A stretch of 63,930 bases of DNA, counting the filler, from Octopus bimaculoides (taxonomy: Eukaryota): the NCBI RefSeq assembly GCF_001194135.2. It is 5 parts of 5 records of this genome, joined end to end, with 100 filler letters (N's around TTAATTAATTAA, not from the genome) between each part and the next. Parts side by side here need not be neighbours in the genome. Positions count along the whole stretch, not along the records: positions 9,925 to 40,930 come from NC_068996.1; positions 41,031 to 46,025 come from NC_069007.1; positions 46,126 to 62,801 come from NC_069002.1; 2 more parts are not named here. One strand, 5' to 3'. The notes below the pieces were generated by a model. That model had not been told where the DNA came from. It saw only the letters and a list, made by a program, of their open reading frames with translations, and searched no databases. Position 1 is the stretch's first letter. The number at the start of each line of letters is the position of its first letter. Position numbers and translations under genes: made by a program. Below are positions 36,359 through 49,834 of this stretch, one piece after another.

Positions 36359-38417
36359 AAAAGTCAAATAAAAAGTGCAGTTAAGAGGAGGTGTGATGTG
36401 AATAACTGAGGTTTGCTGGGTGAAAAAAAAAAAACACCCTGCACTGTCAGAGGAGGGTACTTGTGATCAAAGAAGATTTAAGAAAATATGTGGAAATGAA
36501 AGTGCTGAGGTCAGATATGAAGATGTAGCATGGCAGAGAAGGTAATACAATATTGAATCAAGTCATTATTGGCAGCTGTGCAAGCTTGAAATAATGGAGT
36601 TTTAAATGATAATGTGTTATGTTTACACAATACATACACACACTATTCTATATGAAAAATGATTCTGGCTGTATTTGAATATATCACCTGAGTAACACAG
36701 TCAGGGATATTTTTGATCTCCAGCTTTCTGGTTACATTGCTATATTCAAATGAAACATACTATACCTGTTATTCTGTACTTTTTACAGAATAACAATAAC
36801 AATAGAAAAATCAATTGCATCAGTAACCCTTCTTCAATCCATACTAAATTGACTCTAATATGTCATCATACCATCGCAGTCTAACCTCTTTCATAACTGG
36901 AAGATTTAAAAAAAAACTTTTTTAATCAATTAACTAGAAGGAAAAGGATAGCACTCATGACATCAAAGACTGGTATAAGGAAGGGAGGAGCTTGTTCTCA
37001 GACCAGAGGACTGACCCAAATACTTGCCACATAGTGGACTTCACTAAAAGCACCCAAAAGCCAGATGCTGGTGTTAAACCAGCTGACAGATTGGGTACAC
37101 TAGTCAAGGACAGGGAAAGTTACTCTGACAGACTTTCACACAGTTCCTGCCAACCAAATTTCATTCACAAGGCTTTGGTCCACCCAATGCTATAGTATAA
37201 GGCATTAGCCCAAATTGCCATATAGAGGGATCAAATCCAGAATGACACACTATGAAATAAACTTTTTAACCAATAGCTGTACCATTTGGAAATAATGAAG
37301 CTAAGGTATAATACAGGTGCAATACCAACTTTCCAGACACTGATGGTCTGGAATCTCTTATAATCTACACTCATTTATGAATAAAAACTTCAAATTCCAT
37401 GACTGCCAGACTAGTTTATTGCACCTTGCACAGTATAGTATTAATAAACTTGTTTCATTTATATAAATGGTACAGGGACCCTGTATTTCTTTTAATTATT
37501 TAAGTAAATTTAATATTTGTTTAATTTAGAATGTGTTGACGAAAGTGACCATTGTTGGTTCAGAAAAAAGGAACTAATACACACACATATATATACTGAA
37601 TGTCCCATGCGGCAAAGAAAATACCTTTACATAACCATTCAATCTGTTAGAAAAAGCAGCCAAAATCTCCCTCAAATCAAACCTGCTAACTTAGTATGGG
37701 AAGGACATATTAGGTAATACAGTTCTATATTGTCCCTAAAAAGACAGCTGGAATGCTTTGATTACATATATTTGCAAATATAGCGGACATATGACCAAAC
37801 AACAACTCAAAGCTAACAAAAGCAGAAGTTTTTTTTTTCTTTATATCTTCAGGAGAAAGCTTAGTAACAACAAGAAGGCTACAAATTTAATACTTTTCAT
37901 CAGAAATAATAAATCCAAATACTCAGTTGGTCAACAGAATTCCTTGATTTCTCCAAGAAGACTAACGTTTTGTGCTTAAGATATTACTGTCATCCTTCCT
38001 GCTTTGATTTGTCTATCAAAAAAGATAATAGCTTTCTCCCTCAATATTCTCAACCGAAAATGACTCACTGAAGGGAAATTGATCACCAAAATGAAAGCAA
38101 AGATGGAAAAGAAAGAAATAAGAAATTTTAAAAGACTTTTTCCCCAAATTTTCTGTCTGTAGCTCCAAACTATTAACAAAAGAAATGTTTCTTGGATCTG
38201 CTTCACTAAAGTGAAGACAAAAAAAACAACAAACATGGGTACACTTTCTGGGTGTGCTAGGTGAATGTTGTACCAATCATTAAAGATGGTAAATTTTCTT
38301 AATAAGAAGTTCTGTTCTTGCAGTATCATTGTGGTATAATCAAGACATAATTTGTTTTGAAATCTAATAATGTACATTCAAAAACAAAGATTAAGTCTAG
38401 AAATATGCTCAAGCTTG

Positions 38418-38803
38418 TATACTCTGTTTCAGTCATTTGACTGCGGCCGTGCTGGAGCACCACCTTTAGTCGAGCAAATCGACCCCGGGACTTATTCTTT
38501 GTAAGCCTAGTACTTATTCTATCTGTCTCTTTTGCCGAACCGCTAAGTTACGGGGACGTAAATACACCAGCATCGGTTGTCAAGCGATGTTGGGGGGACA
38601 AACACAGACACACAATACACACATACATACATATATATAAACATATACAACGGACTTCTCTCAGTTTCCATCTACCAAATCCACTCACAAGGCTTTGGTC
38701 GACCAGAAGCTATAGCAGAAGACATTTATGCAAGGTGCCATGCAGTGGGACTGAACCCAGAACCATGTGGCTGGTAAGCAGGCTACTTACCACACAGCCA
38801 CTA
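38418..38803 (-). mobile_element. Family A SINE about 80 bp from a PIK3R4 splice donor
   Basis: Near full-length reverse complement of 61802-62263. Confidence 0.88.
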
Positions 38804-38882
38804 TCGTAGTAGTAAACTGAAGCACAGCAGCACACTCTTTACCACAATCACCAAACACCACTGATAAGAAACTGTTTGTTAC

Positions 38883-39013
38883 CTTGCTTGCTGTAAGTAA
38901 ACTTTGACCGGTTAGCGACGCTTTTACCCTCCAACTGGCCGCAGTCCCATAACTTCATAGTTCCATCATTGGAACAGGTAGCAAACATGGAATGGTCTGT
39001 ACACACAGCAATC
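38883..39013 (-). CDS. PIK3R4: PIK3R4/VPS15 exon (IAVCTDHSMFATCSNDGTMKLWDCGQLEGKSVANRSKFTYSKQ)
   Basis: WD40 repeat similar to human SLFATCSNDGTVKIW. Acceptor tttaag, donor G|gtaaca, 131 nt, in frame with both neighbours. Confidence 0.95.
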
Positions 39014-40471
39014 CTTAAAAATAAAAGAATAGCTTAATGATAAAATGGTAATAAAATAAGGATTTTATATTAACAACAATACTGAAGGAGACAACATGAT
39101 TGCTTGGTCTATAACAGTTGGACAGTCTTTAAATTATATCTTAAGTAAAGGCATCTATGTTGGACAATATGTACAAAAAGACAGGGTGGTTATGGCTGGA
39201 ATAACTCTGATCTTAGCTCTTCTAAATAAAGGTTTAACTGGAGCTAAGCAATAGCTACCACTCTGATGGTATTTAATCATGACTCTGATACCATATCATT
39301 AACATTATTATAATGCCATTTATTTACCAATACCATAGAAGTTATCAGAGTACCAATTACATTGGGTAGCCTTCCAAAGAATCAGAGGGTCAAACATTTC
39401 ATGTAAAAGAGTACATTTCATTTTGTTTTGTTAAGATGGGGCTCCAACATTATCTTGATAATCCAGCTTGATGAAGGTGAATTAAGTTTCAACAACCAGT
39501 CAGTGATTAATGCTAAAGCATATTTTTATATGTTCCTAATCAACAGTAACTAATTTCTACTTGAATCACTGCCTGAAGAACATGTCAAATTCATAGATGT
39601 TGCAACATAGTGAATGGACATTTCCCAATTCTAGTTAATTGTGATATACATATATTTATACACGTTTAGTTGAACTGTTACATTCCACACTTGTGATCCT
39701 TTGTACTCTTCAAACTCAACAATCTTACTTCATTAAAGTCACACACCCACAAAAACAGTATATATTCGGTAACTGAAGATGGATGTATGCATTAGATATG
39801 CTTGGTGACTGAACTTTTTGTATCTTGTGTTCTTGTGGCTTTATGTTGTCCTTCATTGAAATCTAGTTCACATAGGGTTGAACTTGCTTAGAGGTTCTTA
39901 GTTTCTTGGTTTGTGGTGGTTCTGTTGTTATTATATCATAGATTTGACATTGCAAGGTTGTTCTTCATTGGGATTTTAATTCTGGTCAATACTAGTTTAA
40001 GGGTCTCTAGTTTCTAGTGGTTTTGTTCACACACACAAACATGCACATACATATATACATACATACATAATATACACACATACACACATGTATGCATGTA
40101 TTTATGTACGTACGTATGTCTGTGTCCAGTTTTCCATGATGCCATGGATTTGTTGTCATTAAGGTCTGCATCAGTTCTTATTCAAAGTTACTGCCCTTCA
40201 TGATGGCTCAAGAAGCACTTGGTCCTCTGACAGGTCTTGGAAGGCAGGAATTCTGGTTAAGAACTGACCTCAATCATGATAACACATTCATGGAAAACAT
40301 ATAAAATGATGCTGATAACATGTACACACATGCACAAACATATATCCATTTGCAGACTTAGAACCTTACTAATTTCCATTATATAATACTGAAAAAAAAA
40401 AACCTTATTCTATCTGCAACATTTGAATCAAGTCATGATGCTAACATTCCCTGGATATTTCTAAAACTTAC

Positions 40472-40661
40472 CTATTGACAACTGACTTGTGTTCTTGCAT
40501 GTGAGCAACAAGTTGACCTTTAGGTTTCCAGTTCTGTGGAGGAAAAATCTGGTCAAGCCCAACGCCTTCCAAAATATCTTTAGTGCGGATGTCAGCTTCA
40601 TATTGCTCTCTTCTGCGATTTACCAAATTTCTTAAGTCTTGTTTGCAAGGTGCATAACGTG
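40472..40661 (-). CDS. PIK3R4: PIK3R4/VPS15 exon, first one visible (RYAPCKQDLRNLV...WKPKGQLVAHMQEHKSVVNR)
   Basis: Hand translation matches the recalled VPS15 segment before the WD40 repeats (human ...[21 protein letters not shown]). Acceptor ttttag, donor AG|gtaagt, 190 nt, phase 1 to 2. Upstream exons are cut off by the linker at 40931. Confidence 0.95.
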
Positions 40662-40837
40662 CTAAAAGTAAATGGCAAATGCAAAGAAACTGTTCAAACA
40701 AGTTTATAACAATAAAAAGTAAAATCTTGGTTTCAAAATTATTCTATTTTCATATTTGTCAAAGCTTTTAATCATAAATGTTCAACATTTTCACTACCAT
40801 AAGATAACTGATGTTTAGACATCATCATCTTTCTCTT

Positions 40838-40930
<93 letters not shown>

Positions 40931-41030
40931 NNNNNNNNNNNNNNNNNNNNNNNNNNNNNNNNNNNNNNNNNNNNTTAATTAATTAANNNNNNNNNNNNNN
41001 NNNNNNNNNNNNNNNNNNNNNNNNNNNNNN
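40931..41030. other. Artificial contig linker
   Basis: 44 N + TTAATTAATTAA (40975-40986) + 44 N. Confidence 0.95.
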
Positions 41031-41085
<55 letters not shown>

Positions 41086-41567
41086 CATACATACACATGT
41101 ACATACTTACATTCATACATACATACATACATATATATATATACATATATGCATACATACACATGTACATTCATACATACATACATACATACATATTCAC
41201 AGACATACATTCATACATATGTACATATATGCATTCATATATATAAATACATACATATATACATATGTACATATATAAATACATTCACATGTATATACAT
41301 ATACACACACATACATGGTGATTGATCGATCTGTATAGAAGATTGCCTTGTTCTTGTGCTTCCTTGCTGTCAATGGCTTTTCTGACCTTCCATCCACGAC
41401 CTGTCAGATGACTATTCAGTCTCGGTGCAGACCTGCATGGTTTAAAGTACAGTTGACAGACGAGAATTGTAACACACTGTGCGCTTCCAACTGGTCTGCA
41501 CAGGTCACCACTCTTTCCTTGCCAAAGAACCTTCAGTAGATGGAATGACAAATGTTGTTGTTGTTGT

Positions 41568-41818
41568 TGGCACTCCGTCGCTTACGACGTCGAGGGTTCC
41601 AGCTGATCCGATTAACGGAACAGCCTGCTCGTAAAATTAACGTGCAAGGTGCTGAGCACTCCATAGACACGTGTACCCTTAGCGTAGTTCTCGGGGGATA
41701 TTCAGCGTGACACAGTGTGACAAGGCTGACCCTTTGAATTACAGGCACAACAAAAACAGGAAGATAGAGTGAGAGAAAGTTGTGGTGAAAGAGTACAGCA
41801 GGGTTCGCCACCATCCCC
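41568..41818 (-). mobile_element. Family C SINE, cut by a gap
   Basis: Reverse complement of 49970-50217. Confidence 0.85.
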
Positions 41819-44800
41819 NNNNNNNNNNNNNNNNNNNNNNNNNNNNNNNNNNNNNNNNNNNNNNNNNNNNNNNNNNNNNNNNNNNNNNNNNNNNNNNNNN
41901 NNNNNNNNNNNNNNNNNNNNNNNNNNNNNNNNNNNNNNNNNNNNNNNNNNNNNNNNNNNNNNNNNNNNNNNNNNNNNNNNNNNNNNNNNNNNNNNNNNNN
42001 NNNNNNNNNNNNNNNNNNNNNNNNNNNNNNNNNNNNNNNNNNNNNNNNNNNNNNNNNNNNNNNNNNNNNNNNNNNNNNNNNNNNNNNNNNNNNNNNNNNN
42101 NNNNNNNNNNNNNNNNNNNNNNNNNNNNNNNNNNNNNNNNNNNNNNNNNNNNNNNNNNNNNNNNNNNNNNNNNNNNNNNNNNNNNNNNNNNNNNNNNNNN
42201 NNNNNNNNNNNNNNNNNNNNNNNNNNNNNNNNNNNNNNNNNNNNNNNNNNNNNNNNNNNNNNNNNNNNNNNNNNNNNNNNNNNNNNNNNNNNNNNNNNNN
42301 NNNNNNNNNNNNNNNNNNNNNNNNNNNNNNNNNNNNNNNNNNNNNNNNNNNNNNNNNNNNNNNNNNNNNNNNNNNNNNNNNNNNNNNNNNNNNNNNNNNN
42401 NNNNNNNNNNNNNNNNNNNNNNNNNNNNNNNNNNNNNNNNNNNNNNNNNNNNNNNNNNNNNNNNNNNNNNNNNNNNNNNNNNNNNNNNNNNGGGAGGGGA
42501 GGTTGGAAGGGTGGGGGACAGGAGGTTGGAAGGGTGGGGGAGAGGTTTACTCAGTGGTATAATTGAGAAGTGTATAGGGACGAATATAGAAGGGGGCCGC
42601 AACCCCACCTCTGGGAGGGAAGGCGTCACTCCCGCTTTGCCGGCTAGTATGTAATGTTAGTTATCAGCATACAATATTTTTAATCTCTATCTGAGTATAA
42701 TTACTCACATCTGATTTAAGATAGAAATATCCAGTGTTAATAAGTCGAGTTGCTCCAAGAATATTAAAAATAGGTAATGTAAGTTATCAGCATAAAATAT
42801 TTTTCAATCCATATCCAAGAATTTAAATGTGAAATATGAAGTGTTAATAAGGCGAGTTATTCCAAAAATATCCAAAACATGTATTGGACGTTTATCAAGA
42901 TATAACATTTTCTAATTCCTATCCAAGTAGAAATTGGATTTAAATATGAAATATCAAGTGTACTCTAGCTAATTTTATTAGGTCCACAAACAATTATTTG
43001 AATAACTCCTGTCAATATCCCTAACTTATGTCACAGGAATATTGAACTTTAAAATTTACAAAGTTTATCATATAAATTGAAGATATCCTACAGTGTATAT
43101 TGCCTAAAAGACCAGATGAAATTAAAATCCTGGTTCATTGACAGATCAATCAAGTTAGTAAAGTTTTAATGTTTTCGGTAACAACATATTCTCACTTCTA
43201 ATAGAATATTGAAAAAGAGAGGAAATGCCACCCCTCTCTTTTGCAAGAGAAATTAAGTTTGGCAGTAAGGACTAAACTCCTTATTTCATGATCACAATTA
43301 AAAAGCGTTTATCTTTGCTTTAAAAAAGAAGAGATGGGGTCATAGACGTATGATGGAGACTTATCCACAAATCGACCAACCCATGCTAGCATGGAAGGCA
43401 GACGTTAAACGATGATGGTGATGATGATGATGTTTGCTTTTATCAGAATCATTTACCTTTAAAGCAAAAAAACAAAACGGACGTTTACAACAGGTATGTA
43501 AAACATATTTCTGTTTACTTTCTCTGTTCATTTACATAAGATATAGAAATTGTTGTACGCACACACACAAACACAGAAATTTTCCAGACATTTAGCTGTT
43601 ATTTTTAGCAGTTCATTTTCAGTTTTAGACAATGGGATGAGGTGGTGAAGGGTATATGGATCAATTTTGGAGTTTTTCATAGAAAATTTGAAATTAAGAT
43701 TATTTTTTTTTACATATTCTTAATCTCTGTATTTTTCCATGTAGATTAAAAAAAAAATTTGAATAAAGTTAGGAATTTAAAATTTAGGAGGAAGGAAGGA
43801 ATTTTAAAATTTTAAATTTGGGAGGAGGCAGGGAATTTAAAATTTTGAAATTATGGTTTTTTGCATATTTGGAATCTCTGTCATCGAAAACAGGAATCCA
43901 TTGAAAAAAAAAATCAGAACGGTTGTATATGGGATGGGGGGTGGGGTGGCTACAGCCCCCTATATAGGTAAGGGCCAAAATTTGACCCCACTAGAATATT
44001 CCCCAAGTAATGAAAAACCTTCATACCAAATTTAGTACAGATTGATCCAGCAATTTGGTCATGCATAGACACACACACACAGAAAGTGAATTTTATATGT
44101 ATAGATATATACATAAGGATAAGCATATTAAAAGGGGTCCATGGGGAAATTCATTTAAATAAAAGGATTGGGAACCACTGTGAAAAGGTTGGGAACAACT
44201 GGATTATAGTGATAAATGCTTGTACAACACAAATACCATTCACTGAGAGTCAGTAATTAGTACCGAGGGAGAGGCCAAAGTGGAATGACCAGTAATCATG
44301 TGAAGTTGCAGGTTTTACATCAGAGTGTCCCTCATCTAGAAAGACTAGAGCTAGGAGTTCAGTGACAAAAGCTAGGGGTTTTGAGACAAGAGCTAGGGGT
44401 CTTGTGGCAAGACCTGGGGATCTCTCACACCCAGTGTATTTACTGTGCAACCTAACACCAACCAAGAGTATTTCTGCATTTCTGCACTCAGACGGCTCAT
44501 CATCACATATTGTAGTTAACCCATAGCTGGGACCCTGAAAATTGCTACTATTCCAAGCCTGAGAAGACCTAAGAATAATAGTAGCGAAGACATGCTTCCA
44601 CATCTCTCAAAACCCTGAAATTCCTCAACCAAAGCCCCACAACCAGCTGCAGTTTAAAGTCTGGTGGTAAGAAGTTTACTTCCCAATCAGAAAATACTGC
44701 AATAATAAAGTTTTTAATGATGTCTAATTTACCATTTTTACTTTTAACCCATTAAGTCCCACTGTCCTATAAATAGGACACTAAATGGGAACATTAAATA

Positions 44801-44867
44801 AGCTATATCACATTGTCTCAGTGTCTTATTTATAGGACAGTGAGTATTTCCGGATCTATTTTAAAAC

Positions 44868-45403
44868 GGGGGCCACATTTTTCATTAATGTTTTACGTAG
44901 TGTTTTTGGTACGGAAAGACTTTCAAACTTCGTATACTTATCTATTTTGTGTTATAGAACAGAAAAATATTTTTGTATTCGAATTTATTTCATGTAAAAA
45001 ATTGTCTTATTTCGATAATTTCAACCAATCACTGACAAGTATTCAGTTGTTTACATTTACTCCTTTGGCTGATTAAGTGATGTAAAGCGTATTTAATCCC
45101 CATACCTTCGTTTTATTTGCTTTTTTCATTTAAAATTTGCTTTAACCCTAACCCTAACCCTAGGGTTAGGGTTAGGGTTAATTGTTTCAGAATCGTTTGT
45201 TTATGTAGTTGGCACTTAATGTATATCGGCTGAATGGACGTCAGTGATTGGTTGAAATTACAGAAATACGACAACTTTAACATGGAATAACTTATGGATT
45301 TCTTTTTTTTTTAAGAAGACTAAGAGAAAAAGATGTTTTATATGACACATTCTACCAGTGTTCCAAGTTTCAAAGTGTTTCGTTAATGAAAAATGTGGCC
45401 CCC
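44868..45403. mobile_element. Foldback element with long imperfect inverted arms and a central telomere-repeat palindrome
   Basis: GGGGGCCACATTT / AAATGTGGCCCCC ends and an internal inverted AATTTCAACCAATCACTGAC / GTCAGTGATTGGTTGAAATT. It appears to lie inside a TTAACCCA...TGGGTTAA element (about 44748-45533). Confidence 0.7.
45142..45181. repeat. Perfect 40-bp palindrome of telomeric repeats, T(TAACCC)3TA(GGGTTA)3A
   Basis: TTAACCCTAACCCTAACCCTAGGGTTAGGGTTAGGGTTAA equals its own reverse complement. Confidence 0.97.
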
Positions 45404-46025
45404 ATATTTCCATTTCTACTTGAAGTAAAGGAGTTTTAATAATTATTTTTTTCATTTTAACCTGTTTTCAGTCATCTGTAAAAATTTAAAAGTAATATTC
45501 AGAAATTTAAGTACCCTGGGAATTATGGGTTAATGTCTTGTGTCAATTAATCCCCACTGCCAAAATTTCAGGCCTGGTGCCTGGTTGAATTGTTACCACA
45601 CTAGGTGAAATGCTTAGCAGCATCTCATCTGAAGTAGTTGTATGCTGTCAACTTAATGTGACAGTCCCATGAAGGGAATAATACTACTGTTGGTTAGACC
45701 TAGGAAGCTGCACCGCTTCCTGTCGGCCTTGACACATTTCCTGTGTCCTTATGTTTACAAGGGGGAGACAAGCACCTCCACCCAGCTAAGCCTGCATCCA
45801 GAGACCTGTTTCTGAGTCTTTGCTCGTTATCAGTCTGGAGTAGCATGACCTGTTAGTCGAAGATGCCTGTCAAGCTCTTGTAAACATATAAATAATTCTA
45901 GTGAAATACATTCACTGATTTCAAATTTAGAAATAATACATTTCTAAATCTCCCAGAAAGGATAAAAAGCAAACTCAACCCTGGTAGAATTTGAACTCAG
46001 AACTGAAACACAGACAAAAACCCAC

Positions 46026-46125
46026 NNNNNNNNNNNNNNNNNNNNNNNNNNNNNNNNNNNNNNNNNNNNTTAATTAATTAANNNNNNNNNNNNNNNNNNN
46101 NNNNNNNNNNNNNNNNNNNNNNNNN
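46026..46125. other. Artificial contig linker
   Basis: 44 N + TTAATTAATTAA (46070-46081) + 44 N. Confidence 0.95.
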
Positions 46126-46212
46126 GCAGGCGAAATACCGCTAAGCATTTCACCCGGCGTGCTAACGTTTCTGCCAGCCTCTTATCACACAACCAAGGTT
46201 GCGTATGCGCGT

Positions 46213-46308
<96 letters not shown>

Positions 46309-47337
46309 TAAAGCTAGGTTAACAGATAACGAGTGAAGTGTCAATAGACAAAAACAACAGGAAAAGGAAAAAAAAATTGCCTAAAATCATGAAAATTGAT
46401 TTCGTGAAATTCTTAAATCGGGCCCAATTCTTTCTGTGTTCCATTGTTAAGCTGGTAGTTAATCTGTTTTGGTTATCCCACTTACACTCGGTAAAAAAAA
46501 AGGGAGGGAGTATTCATTGACCCCGTCCTGCTTATTGACATCCTTTATTGAAGGGAGGGGCAAGAGAAAACTACCATTGTCGCCACCATCACTAACAACA
46601 CTACCGTCATCACCCTCATCAACTTCAGTAGCAGCAGCGGCTGTAGCAGCAGCGGCAGCAGCAACAACAGTACCACCACCACCACCATCATCATCACGAG
46701 TATCATCATCACCATCACCAACAACCTCAACAGCGATACGGCAGTACCACAACCACCACCACCATCATCATCACTACCACCACCATCATTACGAGCATCA
46801 TCATTACTGCCACCACCTCCACCACCACCATCATCATCACCGCCATGATTTTCTCATCCTTTATTTAGACACTTTATATTTAGAACTAAATCGTTTCATG
46901 TGTCCCTTCCTTTTTTTTATGACCCCACGGTGTAGTTTGAGGAAGATGTGTCTCATTGCAGCCTCGACTCTAAACTGTCACTTTGCACCTCATCAATTTT
47001 TTTTTTGTTTTACATTCAGTTTTACATGTTTTCATAGGTTACACCCGTTTCAGCATAAATGAGATATTAGCTTTCATTACATCTCGCCATGCTTTCCTAG
47101 GTCTTCTTTCAGCAGGTTCCTTACATTTGACTTTCTTGGTAATTTTCCAACCAATTATCATCTGTTCGTACCAGCTCGGTCTTTTTTTTTTAGCACGCTA
47201 CTACCGAATCCTCTTATATTCTTTGAGAAAGAATGTTTTGTTGATTAGGTTAGTCATAACTAATTAATGGTGCTCCTTTGGTATGTGATCTACAAGGGAG
47301 ATTGCTTTAGGTTACTTTAAAAATCATTTTGTACATA

Positions 47338-47820
47338 GGTGTAGTAGTGGCTGTGTGGTTTAAAATTGTAAATATTTAATCGATACAGCTTCTTCACCCT
47401 TTTTATGTTTGTCTGTCCTTATTCGTCCCCTCTTTGTAATGCCTTAATGGCAAATATTTATGAAATAAAGTAGCTTGCTTACCAACCCCATGGTTCCGGG
47501 TTCAGTCCCACTGCGTGGCACCTTGGGCAAGTGTCTTCTACTATAGCCTCGGGCCGACCAAAGCCTTGTGAGTGGATTTGGTAGACGGAAACTGAAAGAA
47601 GCCCATCGTATATATGTATGTGTGTGTCTGTGTTTGTCACCCCAACATCAACCGATGCTGGTGTGTTTACGTCCCCGGAATTTTCGCGGTTCGGCAAAAG
47701 TGACCGCTAGAATAAGTACTAGGCTTCCAAAGAATATGTCCTGGGGTCGATTTGCTCGACTAAAGGTGGTGCTCCAGCATGGCCGCAGTCAAATGACTGA
47801 AACAAATAAAAGAGTAAAAA
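47338..47820 (+). mobile_element. Family A SINE whose head is interrupted by an insert of about 110 bp
   Basis: GTGGCTGTGTGGT at about 47347 resumes as GTAGCTTGCTTACC at about 47470. The insert resembles the family B tail. Confidence 0.75.
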
Positions 47821-48199
47821 GAGTATACTTAGCATTGTAAATGTATTTTTCCAAATTCTTACTATAACAATAATAAGAAAACAATATAGTAATTAAAATA
47901 AGCGCGTACGTCACCCACCAAAGTGAATTTGCTGACGTCGATCACACGGAAAGTAGCACTAACACAAAGTAAACTAAAAGGTAATCAAAGGTAATCTCCC
48001 TTTAAATTGTAGATCACACGCCAAAGTGGCACGTTTCTTTTTTTAAAAGAAATGAAGTGAATTTAGAGCTGGTTTCTTGTAAAAATGCAACTTCGTCTCG
48101 TCGCTGATCACATTGTAAAAATCTGTAGCCAACATCTTACAGGATTTTAGACATTGAAAAGTTAACTACAAAGTAACCTAAAGTAATCTCCCTTGGAGA

Positions 48200-48385
48200 G
48201 AAGATTTTGCCTCGTGTAGAGATAAGCAGACTGTCAAGGTATCGGTCGCATTCTGACATTCGTGGTCGAACCTGTGGCAGTGGAGACCTCTGGCATTTTT
48301 GGCCCTCGGACCATATCCCTCCTGCTCGCTGCTACTGGAGCGGAGACGGTCATCCACAAGTGCAAAAGCACCTTCTTCAGTTGTC
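48200..48385 (+). mobile_element. CRE-like (RLE-type) non-LTR retrotransposon C-terminal relic
   Basis: EPVAVETSGIFGP resembles the F.P.AVETSGVFGP motif at the end of CRE-type elements. It is frameshifted. Confidence 0.55.
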
Positions 48386-48590
48386 CCTACACACACACAC
48401 ACACACACACACCCACACACACACGGCGGACTTCTTTCAATTTCCGTCTACCACAAGACTCGAAGCTATAGCAGAAGATATTTTCTCAGGGTACAACTCA
48501 GTGGGACTGAACTCGGAAGCATATGAGTGAGAAGCAAACCTCTTACCACACAGCCATAATTGTGTCGTGAAATTATTGAGCATGCGTCGA

Positions 48591-48638
<48 letters not shown>

Positions 48639-49834
48639 GATATATATAATATATATTTGTATGTGTGTGTGACTGAAAAAAAAAACCCTCTCCTATCATC
48701 GTCCCAAACTAAGTCAGCCAAACTGTAAATATTTATCAGTAATAAGACTATTTTGCTGAAGCGGACCAAACGAGATATTTAAAAGTCGATTGAAAAAAAA
48801 AAAAAAACTCATTCCAGATTAAAACGTAATTGAAAATATGTTTGTTTTTATAGAATTTGACATCATCCTTTTGCGATTTTAACTTCGTTTGTAATGATTA
48901 TATATATCTACATATATAATAACAGATGCATTGTAGTTACGTCTCTCTTCTTAACACCAAGCACTTTCACCACCAGACACGTCAGGATTACGTAAACACA
49001 CGCAACAATTCAGTTTGCCAAGGGCGCAATATGACTGTTAGCAAGTAAACATGTACTTGGAGAAAGCTATAAAATTTAGCAGAGCTGAAAAGGCAACAAT
49101 TAATATTTTATATTTGAAAAGTCAGGAATAAATTTTTTGTACTAGGAAAAAAAACCCCAAAAAACTGTTAGGCACAAAACGTAGGCTTACACTGTAAGCC
49201 CTCGTTTTGTAAGCCTTACAGCGTCTCTAACGGCGACCACTAAAGTAATGAACTAACTATCTTGCTAATTTAACCACCTACTTCGAAGATATGAAATAAG
49301 AAGTAAGACAGTGGGGGAGAAGAGAGACGAAGAAGGAGAGGGGATTTTCGTTTATTTGCAGATAGTTTTGTTCAACAGACAGCTGACACATGGTTGCTTA
49401 ACCAACTGAAAATAGCCAGAAATCTCACTAATCATATCTTTAAATATATACTACATTGAATAATGTAGTTTTTGATATACAAATGAAGGGATTCTGCAGT
49501 GCCTTTCATCATAGGTTTTCGACTACGACTGTTCTGAGATTACTCGTCAATGCCAAAGTTTACTTCGTGCGAACGAAGAAGGTCTCTGTGCGGTTGTGCA
49601 ACCTGTTAGATATAGCAACGAATTTCTTTTAAACCACATCTGCCATTCTGAGTCGGGGAAGATGAAGAACAACTTCTGAAGTAGTTGTGAAGTTTAATCC
49701 TCGATAGGGTGTATGTCTGTTTAATTGTAATAGAAAAGCAGATGTTTCTCAGGAGAAATGATTTTGTTTATACTTTCAAATGCCTTGCTCTCAACTATTG
49801 TTTTAGCCAGTTTTGTGCATTTTTAATCTACCGT

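Noticed and set aside
45142-45181. Ancestral chromosome end-to-end fusion site
   Set aside because: Only three repeats per side, embedded in a repeat family that carries TAACCC elsewhere. It is kept as an element-level finding instead.
46469-47062. 197-aa Ala/Ser/Pro/His-rich ORF resembling a transcription-factor low-complexity region
   Set aside because: It is built from (CAG), (CAC) and (CAT) trinucleotide runs, with no domain or convincing splice sites.
47060-47175. Minus-strand exon with a gtaagg donor
   Set aside because: The sequence reads as a decayed RTE 3' end (RRPRKAWRDVMK, similar to GRPRKTW).
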